From Pachysolen tannophilus NRRL Y-2460 (taxonomy: Eukaryota), in NCBI GenBank assembly GCA_001661245.1, contig KV454018.1, positions 693,569 to 742,311 on the forward strand: DNA of 48,743 nt, written 5' to 3'. This document shows positions 11,701-21,451 of this stretch, one piece after another. Within the stretch, counting starts at the first letter, position 1. Each line of letters begins with the position of its first letter. Both the position numbers and the translations under genes were made by a program. The notes beneath the pieces are model-generated. The model was given only the letters and a program-made list of their open reading frames with translations. It was not told where the DNA came from and did not search any database.

Positions 11701-13073
11701 TAGATGTGGGCCATGATGTCAATGAAGAAGAGACCATTTTGTCTGAACCGATTCAAGCTAATACAAATGATAGTCATTCATCAAAAGTTGGGAATTTTAA
11801 ACCTAATACATCGAATAGTATTTCCGATGGGGTCGATCTGATAGCTCTGAAATTAAAAGATTCTTCGATTTCCAAACGTTCAATTAATACCAGAGTCTTG
11901 TCACTAAATAAAGAAGAACAGATTGATATCAATAAGATATTAAATATTGTTAAAAATTTCCCTCCTAATGATAGCAATTTTCCTATTAGTGATAATTCTA
12001 ATTATGGAATGAAGTACATTGATGCCAAAGGAGTCAAGTTTGATGAACTAACGACAAGATTTTTTAATGAATTTAAACCTCTGTCCGAATTTGAAACTAA
12101 TTTCATCATACAAATCCTTGATTATTTATTCTTATTTGAAAGGCCATTTTCGTTAAAGAGGAAATATGGATTTGGGTTTAAAAAATTAAAATTGATTAAA
12201 AAGTTATATTTATTCTTGCAGAATGTTTCACTTGATGATGATAGGTTAGAAGTTGGTCTAATGAATTTTGTCAATGATTATAATAGTGAATTGAATTCGA
12301 TACCCAAGATTCAGGTTTCTGATGAGGAAGAAGATGAAGGGCATATCAATGGCGATGCAGATAGCGATACTGAGGATCCTGTTGATGATCCTGCTGATGA
12401 TCCTGTTGAGAATCATGCTGAGGATCATGCCCATGATCCTGCTGATGATCATGATGAGGATCCTGCCGAGGATTATTCTGAAGATCACCATCAGGAACCT
12501 CCGGCGGAAATAATTGATCTCAGTTCTTCCGTGAGCGACATGAGAAATAACTACAAGGCCCCAACTCGTTCGAATTCTGAGGAGCTGGAAAGTTCCACTA
12601 GAGATTTGCAAAAAATAGTTGTTATTGAAGATAGCAGTGATGAAGTAGATACTAAGGGGAAAAACAGACTGTTATTGAAACTCAACCATTTTTTAAATAA
12701 CAATCGGTACGAGGATGATGATTTCAAGATATTAGGAGAGAGGAAAAATAACACCAGGCATATTAAATCAACACCTCCAAAGACTCCGATTCAAGATGAT
12801 GAGTTTGCTGTTGAAGATGTCACAGTACGAAGAAAAGCAGTGTCTTCATCACCAGGTAATGACAACAGCAGAAAATTAATTCAACAAACGCTTCCTCATT
12901 CTTTTAGAAAATCCCAATCATCTTTCCCCAATGATGGATTTCAACATCACAGAAAGAGAAGTTCGAACACAAACAGTAGTGGAAGTAGCAGAAGTAATAG
13001 TAATAGTAACAATACTACCGAAGATGCTGAAAGAAGGATGAAAATAGTTAGCTACAAGAGAAGGAAAAACTAA
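8745..13073 (+). CDS. ULP2: SUMO isopeptidase (C48 family), Ulp2-like
   Basis: Central catalytic domain (WINDSIIDFF, IPINQDLHWY, LDSL, PKQQNFNDCGIHV) flanked by long low-complexity arms; basic NLS-like C-terminus. Confidence 0.85.
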   Translation: MSSSPNSPRRSISRPSLSTLSSSSPNRSKLVDIDRDVALNSSSSSSLSLLLGTSSKAVISGTTTTVRNGYHPDASFRNKKLNSLQKNIRKNRRTSSHSLGVMDSLTSVKPVSKIKVPSHDHHDEQHSLTKRPRLISEDDNDNDNYDIKRTRNLKDEIDIINKDDDDNIYNDYGKSTVSLRIKLRKIRLLNQDFIKPIENCSISMLIYENLDFEFVKETKSHLKSLKFLKMNLLKDLDKIYFLIYNKSLNRDFVMIFNRPIAIDRLELEQILDEKLQFEVLPEVNSIWVYGNSDIENFKNFKILINEYGIKYYDNDINELTEKFATRKKLTVPSSSFYGSSKIHKHNNTTNDNDNDDFSALNLDEKSHESSIIPLNDSAPRNTRSYITRTKLLSLPPEQLNTRETAEVIQEETQHENILENDQIRFVPTLNYKFQIDNKHFSITHSDFKCLYNNCWINDSIIDFFLKYDLENSIIKEKKFNKDDILVLNSFFFMKLNQNQNDFYNNLKSWFKDDKLFRYKYIIIPINQDLHWYCCVIANLSMLLNFDKDGISKDSTFNGIEKEGEEQVNTNEIRKSKDSNKSNNNIKDFFTAQVENEDSELSQLMVNKPRFSEILVLDSLQMDHKSIKKPLVEFFIGYAKDKYDINVSADRFKLYHCHVPKQQNFNDCGIHVIYNISKFLEENELFVSNWKKSGMKMKTLKLFKSKERELLRFELRQKLIKLLQEQEKVKGNPNYAKIGTVTIGEYKKLRREGGSDEDNNDDAIYDGDDTKDNDDEGDDGFEIIGSNQLEKEKEEANKKLLLAVEETEASSMLQNQQMEEADNRSFPATQETSELPQQEDKTVPVDNQQENQDLISGNPLFKFATPNKKRIDLSSFEFTEKDLASPFFTKSINEVDHNDEKTKSSLEAGTSKTRAYGNERNVSSDLSVDSALVDDNYNYGDDKRGSTNKFYDIQKETAEISNSSNETSDKSSVEVYATQSDGEHNSLDVGHDVNEEETILSEPIQANTNDSHSSKVGNFKPNTSNSISDGVDLIALKLKDSSISKRSINTRVLSLNKEEQIDINKILNIVKNFPPNDSNFPISDNSNYGMKYIDAKGVKFDELTTRFFNEFKPLSEFETNFIIQILDYLFLFERPFSLKRKYGFGFKKLKLIKKLYLFLQNVSLDDDRLEVGLMNFVNDYNSELNSIPKIQVSDEEEDEGHINGDADSDTEDPVDDPADDPVENHAEDHAHDPADDHDEDPAEDYSEDHHQEPPAEIIDLSSSVSDMRNNYKAPTRSNSEELESSTRDLQKIVVIEDSSDEVDTKGKNRLLLKLNHFLNNNRYEDDDFKILGERKNNTRHIKSTPPKTPIQDDEFAVEDVTVRRKAVSSSPGNDNSRKLIQQTLPHSFRKSQSSFPNDGFQHHRKRSSNTNSSGSSRSNSNSNNTTEDAERRMKIVSYKRRKN
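12372..12495 (+). repeat. Coding 12-bp minisatellite (GATCCTG(C/T)TGA(T/G)-like) encoding DP(A/V)(D/E) and DHAE units
   Basis: gaggatcctgtt gatgatcctgct gatgatcctgtt gagaatcatgct gaggatcatgcc catgatcctgct..., within ULP2. Confidence 0.8.
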
Positions 13074-13145
13074 AACCGTATATAGTTAATTATTTCAAGT
13101 ATAACAAGGCAAGAAATAAATTAGATTAGATTAAATCAAATTAAA

Positions 13146-13355
13146 AATTGTGCAACCCCTGGTAAGGAGAATACGTCATTGAATTCAAAAGTAATTGGAT
13201 TCCACGCATTTTCCAGCTAGAGGACATCATTTCACAACATGCAATCACATTGGAAATCTTCTCTCGAACTTCGTTGTAGAGGATGGCAATCTAGTCTATT
13301 CAAATCAAAAATCTGAGTCATTACACATCCTACAATAAATACGAGTTCTGAAAGT
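13146..13355 (-). ncRNA. Candidate box H/ACA snoRNA (about 205-215 nt)
   Basis: On the minus strand: hairpin 1 (GAACU/AGUUC, UUGUAG/CUACAA, GGAUG/CAUCC); H box AGAGAA at 13264-13259; an inserted hairpin (AUUUC-CAAUGUG/CAUGUUG-GAAAU); a 3' hairpin (CCUCU/AGGGG, GGAAAAUGCGU/ACGUAUUCUCC); ACA at 13151-13149 plus 3 nt. Upstream TATATAAATA at 13425-13416. The 5' end is approximate. Confidence 0.75.
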
Positions 13356-13589
13356 ACAATAGAGAAATCAAAAAAATATCAAAAGAGTTTTGTGAAAAAA
13401 ATTGGGAATCTTTGCTATTTATATAGTGATGGTGATTGATGTGCTTTTTTTGAAAAAAAATTTTTTAATACTTTTAAAGCAGGGTAAAACCAAACAAGAC
13501 CAAAAGAATAATCCAAATATATATCATATAGATTTATAGATATATATATATAGAGATATATAGATATATGATTGAAGATAGATGATATT

Positions 13590-14225
13590 ATGTTGCGGGT
13601 ATTAATTGTAATTTTTGTCTTTTTAGTATCATCTAGTCTTGGATTTGAGATTAACGGTAGAATTGAATTGCCGCTCTTAGCCACTGGTGAGCCAGACTAT
13701 ACAATTACTTCAAGAACAAGAATAGAACTACTTCCATTGAGTAAATACAATGATAACAATAATAAAAAAATCTTACATGGGAGTGTTTTGAAAGATGGGA
13801 GTTTCCATATACCAGATGTGAATGATTTGGGCTCTTATCAATTAGTTATCTCTAGTTTAGATTATCATTTTTTGAAAAATAGGTTTAAGATTGATATTGG
13901 TGATAAAACTATCAGCGCTTACGAATTCCCCATTGGATCCGAATATACAACAACTATAAAAACTTCATACCCAATATTAATTACCAAAGATTCTTTAATA
14001 AGAAGAAATTATATCGAACAAAGATCAAAATCCATTATCGAATCAATAAGCAGACCAATCTCCATCATCTTAAATAATCGTATATATCTAGCATGTGCAG
14101 TATTAATTCTATTAACAGCGCTATTACCAACCTTGATTAACTATCTAGATCCAGAGTTTAATGAAAAAGTCAAGGATCTAAACACGCAACAGCAATCACT
14201 TCCTCCTCCAAACAAATCAGATTAG
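13590..14225 (+). CDS. SOP4: ER membrane protein of the Sop4/EMC7 (DUF2012) family
   Basis: First in-frame ATG at 13590 opens a signal peptide. Motifs INGRI...SRTRIEL, DGSFHI and GSYQLVISSLDYHF; single TM ending in LDPE. It neighbours a SLY41-like gene, as SOP4 does YJL193W in S. cerevisiae. Confidence 0.72.
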   Translation: MLRVLIVIFVFLVSSSLGFEINGRIELPLLATGEPDYTITSRTRIELLPLSKYNDNNNKKILHGSVLKDGSFHIPDVNDLGSYQLVISSLDYHFLKNRFKIDIGDKTISAYEFPIGSEYTTTIKTSYPILITKDSLIRRNYIEQRSKSIIESISRPISIILNNRIYLACAVLILLTALLPTLINYLDPEFNEKVKDLNTQQQSLPPPNKSD

Positions 14226-14598
14226 ATTAACTCTTGATAATAGCAACCACCAACGTCGGAAAAACGGTTTACACGACTTGCGATTTCACTTTTGTTTCTT
14301 TTTTGGGCCTTATATGATGACAAGCCTCTATATATTTTATATTTTATATATTTATAAATATATTTATATACTTATATATTAATGGTTGAATTATAAATGC
14401 AATGGGTAGTAGAAGTTATTTTTTGAGCATTCCTTTGGCCTTCATTTAGTTTGTTTTGTTTCTAGTTTCATTTAGCCATTTGTTTTAATTTGCTTGTTGT
14501 AATAGAGATTTTTTTATATATTTGTTATTATTGTTATTATTGTTATTGTTATCGTTGGGTATTATTTTTCCATTTTTTTTTAAGCGCTAAAAGAGAGA

Positions 14599-16056
14599 AT
14601 GGTGGGTAATCATCATCAGCAGCAACAGCATCAGCAGCATCAGCAGGAGCAGCATCAGCACGTTTATAATCATAGTAGCCAGAATAGTGTGGTGGCGGGT
14701 TCGAATAATCAGATGTCAAAAGTGGTGACGGCCGTGGTGAGTAATTTACCGCCGTTTTCAATGAGAGTGATAGCTTTATGTGGTGTATGGTATTTTGTAT
14801 CATCCACCACTTCACAATTGACAAAAGAAGTGCTTGATAATTTCCCTTATCCATCATTTGTTGGAGAGTTTCAATTTTTCATATCTTCGGTTTATTGTAT
14901 AATATTATCCTTTATCTTTCAAAGTTTCCCCAATTGGATTCAATTTTTCCCTAAAGGTACTGTACCAGTTAATGGTAAACTAGTAATAAATAGAATCATA
15001 CTTCGAACTACAATACCTTTAGGTATATTTCAATTTTTGGGGAAATTTTCATCATTAGCTTCAACTTCAAGAGTTCCAATTTCAACAGTTTCAAGTATAA
15101 AATCATTATCTCCAATGTTAATCGTATTAGGTTATAGGTTTTATTATAAAGTTAAATTCCCAATTTTAACTTATGTATCATTGGCTCCATTAGTTGTAGG
15201 CGTTGTGTTAATAGTATTAAGTGATAATCAAAAATTTGAAGATTTTAAAAAAACAGCAGATTTAATTAATAATAAAGATCATTTACATGGAATTTTTTTT
15301 GCAATTTTAAGTACTTTTATCTTTGCTACTCAAAATATATATGCAAAAAATGTTGTTACTTATAATAGTAAGACAACTATTTCAAATAATTTGATTGTTA
15401 CAAATAAAACTGATCCTGCAAAATTAGCATTGAGTAATAGTAATAGTTCAAGTACAACAGATTTAGTCAATAATATAGAAGAATCGAAATATAGATTACC
15501 AATAACTGAAAATAGATTTGAAGAAAAAAATGAAGAATTAATGATGATGAATAATCAACATATTAAGAATAATAATTCATTTTATTACAAACAAGGAGAT
15601 GAAAAAACTAGTGGTGCAAAGAGTGGTAACTTATTAGCAACAACTAAACCGGATAAAATAACTATCTTGTGGTATTGTTCAACACTTGGTTTTTTGTTCC
15701 AATTACCCTTTTTCCTATTAACAGAATTCCCAAGAATTTTTTTTAGTACCACCATAAACACTACAACTGGAGCCATTGAACAAGGTACAATGGTTGACAT
15801 TCCTTTATTTAAACTTATTTTAAACGGGTCTTCACATTTCATACAGCTGCTATTGGCATTCCATCTCTTGGGAACAGTACCAACTGTCACTTACTCCATC
15901 GCCAGCATGATGAAAAGAATCATAATAATAACTGTTAGTATGATACTTGCAGGTCACAGCTTAAATTCAATGCAAATCTCTGGCCTAATATTAATTGGAA
16001 TAGGTTTATACAGCTACGATAGGTGGGCCGGCTCAAACAAGTTTGGCAAAAGATAA
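14599..16056 (+). CDS. SLY41: Triose-phosphate/nucleotide-sugar transporter family (SLC35E-like), Sly41-like
   Basis: Multi-pass protein with VSSIKSLSP, QNIYAKN, KPDKITIL and TVTYSIASMMKRI; N-terminal poly-Q/H tract. Confidence 0.82.
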   Translation: MVGNHHQQQQHQQHQQEQHQHVYNHSSQNSVVAGSNNQMSKVVTAVVSNLPPFSMRVIALCGVWYFVSSTTSQLTKEVLDNFPYPSFVGEFQFFISSVYCIILSFIFQSFPNWIQFFPKGTVPVNGKLVINRIILRTTIPLGIFQFLGKFSSLASTSRVPISTVSSIKSLSPMLIVLGYRFYYKVKFPILTYVSLAPLVVGVVLIVLSDNQKFEDFKKTADLINNKDHLHGIFFAILSTFIFATQNIYAKNVVTYNSKTTISNNLIVTNKTDPAKLALSNSNSSSTTDLVNNIEESKYRLPITENRFEEKNEELMMMNNQHIKNNNSFYYKQGDEKTSGAKSGNLLATTKPDKITILWYCSTLGFLFQLPFFLLTEFPRIFFSTTINTTTGAIEQGTMVDIPLFKLILNGSSHFIQLLLAFHLLGTVPTVTYSIASMMKRIIIITVSMILAGHSLNSMQISGLILIGIGLYSYDRWAGSNKFGKR

Positions 16057-16609
16057 ACGCTATATATGTATGTGGAGAAAAAAAAACAAGTTCAAGTTCA
16101 AAACTGTTTGCTATTATTGATAAATAAGCTCAATTAATCAATCAATCATTTATTTATTTATTTATTTATTGACATGGAAAAAATTCATTCGTAGCTAATA
16201 TTTATGGAAATAAACGTAGAAACATTATGTCCATTCTTAAGTAACCGCATCATCGTAAGGCTCTTATCGGATTTCTGTATCAGAAAATCCGCATCGCTGT
16301 TTTATAATCACTCTTTCTCTCTTTAAAATTGATCAAAATTTGATCAAAATTTTGGTCAAAAATTGTTGTTTTCCGAAAAGAGCGAAGAAATTTATTATCT
16401 ATAAAATCAATTAATAAATCAATTTATTTTAAAAACAATAAATAAATTAATAATAATAAAATTGATATTAACTTAGAGATAGGAGATCGGCAACCGGCTG
16501 TAGGATAACAAAGGGGAGATATATATAACAATAAGAGATGCTTCAAATTTGAAATCAAAAAATTGTTAGGCGAGGAAATAGAAGGTATATTTTTTTATAA
16601 ATTGGAATC

Positions 16610-19045
16610 ATGATTTTTTTAAAATTGTTCCAGCAAAAGATATTGTTAATAATATTACTGGTTTTCGTCAACTCTTCTGCCCAGCTTGAAATAGATTATA
16701 AGAGCAAAGAGCCGCCACTTATATTTGCTTGTATTTCAGAAATAGCTACGGATGGTTTTAAGTTTGATTTTGATTACCCTTCCAGTCCTTTTTGGGGACC
16801 GCTTTGTCTTTATCTGCCGAAACTTTCCACTATGACTTCATGTTTTAGTAAGACATCAGCGGCATTGTACCAAGACCAGTCTCTGCAAGTCTTTAACGGT
16901 ACGGTATTACTTTTATCCCAGATGTGTCAAAGTTTTGGAAATTTTGAAGAAGTAAGCTATTCTTACATAATAGAAACACATATTAATGGGTCACTTTATT
17001 TAACAAATCCCGATGTAATCGATGTTCATAATTTCTTATATAAACCAATTTCAATTGAAAATGTTGAAAGTGTTATGGCCTTAAATAAAGAGTACTCGAT
17101 TTATTTTAAAAATTTAAGCGACTCTTCTGATCATGGACATAGGACAATAATTTATTGGTTACTGGTATTAAGTATTGTTGGTTTATTCAATTTTATTAAA
17201 AATTTCAAAATTTTCAACAAGATTTTCTTGACAAATCAACTAGTGAATAATTTTAGAGGTTACATTTCCGTTGCTAACACCGTTCCAAAATATCATCTCA
17301 ATCCGTATAATTTCATGAATATAACTTTTACCTTATTACCAACATGTTTGGAAACAATTATAATAGTTGGATATATGCTTATGTGCTCTTACTTTATGTT
17401 TTCTGATTATACAATTCTTAGCCATAATCATTTGTATGGTTCCAAAACTATACAGTTGTACAGATTCATAGCAGATAGAACCGGTATACTTGCATTTATT
17501 CAGTTACCACTTTTAATTGTGTTTGGAGGAAGAAATAATATCTTGATCAATTTATCAGGATTGCCTTATAATACATTTATAATTTTCCACAAATGGATAT
17601 CAAGAATGATGTTTATATTAGCATTTGTACATGCTTTTACTTATTCGTTATTTCTGTTACTGCGTGGTTCTTTTAAACAAAATTTTTCAGAAGCTTATTG
17701 GAATTACGGAATTATGAGTTTATCAATATGTTTACTGATATTGGTCCAATCCATTTATTATTTAAGAAACCTAAGTTATGAAATTTTCTTTAAATTGCAC
17801 TGTATATTAGTTATTCTGTTTTTAGGTGGTTGTTTGCTACATTGTTGGAAAATTGGATGGCTTCAATGGATATACTATACATCAATTCTTTGGTTTACAG
17901 ATAGATTTTTAAGAATCATTCATGTTTTCAGAAATGGTTTCTTAATCAAAGACACAGAGTTGAAAATTGTTTCAACCAAGGACCCGACTTTTAAGATATT
18001 GATACCAAAACCAAAATATTTTAAATCTTTCCCTGGATGTTATGTATATATACAAATTTTTGATTTCAAATTCAATTTTTGGGAATCACATCCTTTCACA
18101 ATATTTGATAATAGTAACTTTATCGATAATGGGCAAGAGTACATAGTAATATGTGTCAAGCCTAAGAAGGGAATAACAGATAAAATTTATAAATTCTTAC
18201 TAACCCAAGAAGGTTTCCACTACAAAGTAAGACTAATTCTTGAAGGTCCATATGGCCATCATATTTCCAACATTAAAAATTACGATAACCTAATGATATG
18301 TGCTGGTGGAAACGGAGTGCCCGGTCCTTGTTATCACGCTTTAGAATTGATTCTTTCGTATTCTGAAAATGCAAAAGAAACAAATCTATCCACCAACACA
18401 AGAAAATTTCGGAATTACATGTTTGTATGGGTTATAAGAGATTCTGAATCCTTGAGGTGGTACTATGATGAATTGAAGTTATTGCTTAATATGAATGCTC
18501 AGAATAATAGTATCTTCAAGGTATACATTTATGTTACAAGGGAAAAGTTACCAAGAATTAAATACACAAGACGTATGAATGATATACACAGTCCACTTCT
18601 TGAAAGTGATAATAATACAAATAATAATGATAATGATAATGATAATGTCGACAATAATGATGCTGATATGACTGGAGAAATTGAACCGATCAATCTACTG
18701 TTAACTCCATCATCTCCATATGAATCTTTAATTGAAGACAGTAATGGTGAAGGATGTCACCCAAGTTTATTGAAAACCCCAATTACTGAAATATATAGCG
18801 AACTTCAAAAATTCGGAGATAATGGTAGCTTGGTATTTTTCGATAGTCGACCAAATTTTAGGAAATTAATAGAAACAGAATTATTACAAACAGATTTGAA
18901 CAAGCATAGTGAATTTGGTATCATTAGCTGTGGTGCTCCAGTAATGTGTGATCAATTGCGAGATATTTTGAGTGAAAATTTCTTGAAACATAAAGAGTAT
19001 AAAAATGTCCGTTTTGATTTGTTTGAGGAGTTGCAAGTGTGGTAG
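16610..19045 (+). CDS. Ferric/cupric reductase (FRE family)
   Basis: Signal peptide; ADRTGILAF, GGRNN, heme His pairs (FHKWISR...VHA, LHCIL...LHC), FAD motif ESHPFT, EGPYG, AGGNGVPG, SCGAPVMCD and C-terminal FEELQVW. Confidence 0.93.
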   Translation: MIFLKLFQQKILLIILLVFVNSSAQLEIDYKSKEPPLIFACISEIATDGFKFDFDYPSSPFWGPLCLYLPKLSTMTSCFSKTSAALYQDQSLQVFNGTVLLLSQMCQSFGNFEEVSYSYIIETHINGSLYLTNPDVIDVHNFLYKPISIENVESVMALNKEYSIYFKNLSDSSDHGHRTIIYWLLVLSIVGLFNFIKNFKIFNKIFLTNQLVNNFRGYISVANTVPKYHLNPYNFMNITFTLLPTCLETIIIVGYMLMCSYFMFSDYTILSHNHLYGSKTIQLYRFIADRTGILAFIQLPLLIVFGGRNNILINLSGLPYNTFIIFHKWISRMMFILAFVHAFTYSLFLLLRGSFKQNFSEAYWNYGIMSLSICLLILVQSIYYLRNLSYEIFFKLHCILVILFLGGCLLHCWKIGWLQWIYYTSILWFTDRFLRIIHVFRNGFLIKDTELKIVSTKDPTFKILIPKPKYFKSFPGCYVYIQIFDFKFNFWESHPFTIFDNSNFIDNGQEYIVICVKPKKGITDKIYKFLLTQEGFHYKVRLILEGPYGHHISNIKNYDNLMICAGGNGVPGPCYHALELILSYSENAKETNLSTNTRKFRNYMFVWVIRDSESLRWYYDELKLLLNMNAQNNSIFKVYIYVTREKLPRIKYTRRMNDIHSPLLESDNNTNNNDNDNDNVDNNDADMTGEIEPINLLLTPSSPYESLIEDSNGEGCHPSLLKTPITEIYSELQKFGDNGSLVFFDSRPNFRKLIETELLQTDLNKHSEFGIISCGAPVMCDQLRDILSENFLKHKEYKNVRFDLFEELQVW

Positions 19046-19930
19046 GAAATTCAATTAAAAAAATTGAACAATGAAATATCTGTTATCCTTAAGAAATGCA
19101 CATTATTATAGTGGGTTTTTAATTTATTTTTACTTTTGAATTTCCTCTTGAAATGTTTTTCTATTTAGTTAATTAATGCCTCTTATATAAGAAATTTTCA
19201 ATCTTTGTCATTATCTGCATTAAATAAAATAAAACATTAAACAAAATTTTAGTATCGATTGGTTTTCTGTTTATTTTATCTCTTCATTTAGTAGCTATTC
19301 AAGTTTTAAAAAAGTAACTTTTCATCTAAAGTCCCCCATTATACTAATTTTATTTTTTGACTGAAGCTGGTCTGTTTGCGGTACCTTGTTAGACCTTAGA
19401 TGTTATTTTTGATTTTCAACTAGATAGAAAACTACAAGTAGTCAAGGTTACAAAATTAGTTTTGAAAAATATATGTCGTCTACTAAGGATTTTCACTGAA
19501 CATACATCTATAATATAGCCTACAAAGTAAGCTGTAAGCTCTTGTTTTTCATATTTTTATCAATTTCAATATGTTATTTATAGGTTCAAATTGTTTTCTC
19601 TTCAGCTGTAAAATCTTTGCGGATCGACTTCAAATTAGGGGTATTACCCCCTTTGTATTACTTTACTCATTTTCTTTTACCAATTACTTCAATTTTGTGT
19701 GTCTGAATTTAATAAGTCTTCTATTTGTAAAAAAGTATATATCTAGGTGTATTATTCCAATAGACAGTAACGGTTCTTCTCAATTGTCCATATCAAATAA
19801 AAGTCTAAAAAGTTTAAAATAAAAAAAAAGAAAGAAAATTATAAAAGTTATTTCAAAAGTACATTATAAAACAACAGTAAGGCACAAATCGGGGAATAGG
19901 CATCTAGGTGATAATTAAATAGAATTAAGA

Positions 19931-21451
19931 TTATAATAATAAAACACTCGATGAAATGAATACCAAAGCAGCGATAAGAGAAAGTGGTTGACTTTTCTTA
20001 GCTGCAACGTTTTGATATAAGTCACCATCCATGTACCCATGTTTTGAATGATAGAAACTTCCAAAAAGACCATGATGATCTGCTTTGTTTGAAGTTGAGT
20101 TTAATTTAGTATTTTGTGTAAATTTTGAACTTTTTTCATTCTTTTTAGTGGTCAAAGAGTCTTGAGATTTTTTGTTTTTTGCATCTTTATTATTTGAATC
20201 ATCTTTCGAACTTTGCAAATTTATTCTCCTTGAACTTGGACCATGGGAGATTAAACTTGGGTTTGTATCAGATTTGTTGCCCCAAGCGATCATAATATAT
20301 CTCTCCTCTTCCGGTTCATCATAGTAGCTTCCTTCTTCGTAGTTTTTAATTTCATCTTGATGATATTTCCAAGGAAATTGAAAATTTTCTGCATCAAATT
20401 GGTCGTTTTGTGTCTTCGGTGATACAATTTCTTTATCATCATCTTCTTCTCCGAATTTGATGTAAATAATCTTGTGATAATCATCTTCTTCGTCATCACA
20501 GTCCTTATGATTTCTCCATGGGAAAATAAACGATTGAGCCTGAGCATCTTGTTGTAATTCTTTAGCTAGCTGGTCTTTATCAGTTTCATTATCAGCACCA
20601 AACGCAATAAAGATAATACGGCCATCTTCATCAAATACTGATTTCTCCTCGTCATCATGTCCGGTTAACTTTTCTTCACCTCTCCTAATTAAATCATGCA
20701 ACCAGTCCAAGAAGCATCCCTGAGCAGTAACAAGGTCGTCAGAAGATGGAAGGAATGTCTCGCCAACTTCTTTTGGGTTAGTGTCGTTAACGTCAAATTT
20801 AACATAGATTATTTTCCTTGGCCAATTATCTTCATAATCATGCTTCTTCTTCCAAGGAAATAGCTGAGCCAGTGGAATTTGATTATCATTATCCTGTAAT
20901 TGTCTATTTGGGGCTCTTGAATTTGGATTTGAATCAACAGTGTTTTCACGGTCGTTACCTATAATTTCAAATCCGTTATTCAATCCTGATCCCAAGTTAG
21001 TATCCTTTTGGGGCTTATGGCTCAACTTTTGATCAGGAGAAACAAATCCTGGAGCCTCAGTGGAAATAACAAGAAGCTCAGTTTTGGTAACCTTGTTTGG
21101 TTTTGGGGTAGTTTCAATTTTTTCGGTAGAGGTTAAAGTAACTGTCTTTTCGTAGGTTCTGGTCGTTGTAGAAGTTATTGTCTCAGTAATTTCCAGTGCT
21201 GGTGCTCCAACGTTGACAAAAGTAGAGGAAACTTCAAACATAGTCTTCGTGACAAAATCAGTTTCTTCAACTACTTGGGTCTTGTTACCAGCAGTCGTTG
21301 TAGCCGATGCTGACGAAGAGGTAGTAGTTCCAGTTGGAATTTCTTGAACAGACGTTATCTCACTGTCGTTGTTTCTTTTCCATATAGCACTTGCAAATGA
21401 AAATTGAGACAAAAGGAAAAACGTGATAACTGCCTGAATAAAGAACTTCAT
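19931..21451 (-). CDS. Orphan secreted, probably GPI-anchored protein with four internal repeats (protein A)
   Basis: Signal peptide then WKR (Kex2-type site); Ser/Thr-rich region; acidic repeats; hydrophobic C-terminus PLSLIAALVFISSSVLLL. Confidence 0.8.
   Translation of the reverse strand: MKFFIQAVITFFLLSQFSFASAIWKRNNDSEITSVQEIPTGTTTSSSASATTTAGNKTQVVEETDFVTKTMFEVSSTFVNVGAPALEITETITSTTTRTYEKTVTLTSTEKIETTPKPNKVTKTELLVISTEAPGFVSPDQKLSHKPQKDTNLGSGLNNGFEIIGNDRENTVDSNPNSRAPNRQLQDNDNQIPLAQLFPWKKKHDYEDNWPRKIIYVKFDVNDTNPKEVGETFLPSSDDLVTAQGCFLDWLHDLIRRGEEKLTGHDDEEKSVFDEDGRIIFIAFGADNETDKDQLAKELQQDAQAQSFIFPWRNHKDCDDEEDDYHKIIYIKFGEEDDDKEIVSPKTQNDQFDAENFQFPWKYHQDEIKNYEEGSYYDEPEEERYIMIAWGNKSDTNPSLISHGPSSRRINLQSSKDDSNNKDAKNKKSQDSLTTKKNEKSSKFTQNTKLNSTSNKADHHGLFGSFYHSKHGYMDGDLYQNVAAKKSQPLSLIAALVFISSSVLLL

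Noticed and set aside
13146..13360. Plus-strand reading of the snoRNA region, or identity as U3, U5, RNase MRP or snR30
   Set aside because: The G-U pairs become A-C mismatches on the plus strand, and the signature motifs of those RNAs are absent.
16325..16364. Triple AAAATT(T)nG(A/G)TC repeat in the ferric reductase promoter as an iron or copper element
   Set aside because: It does not match the Aft1, Mac1 or GATA consensus and looks like slippage.
19571..19822. 83-aa intergenic ORF between the FRE gene and protein A
   Set aside because: Composition is typical of random AT-rich DNA, with no motifs or splice support.
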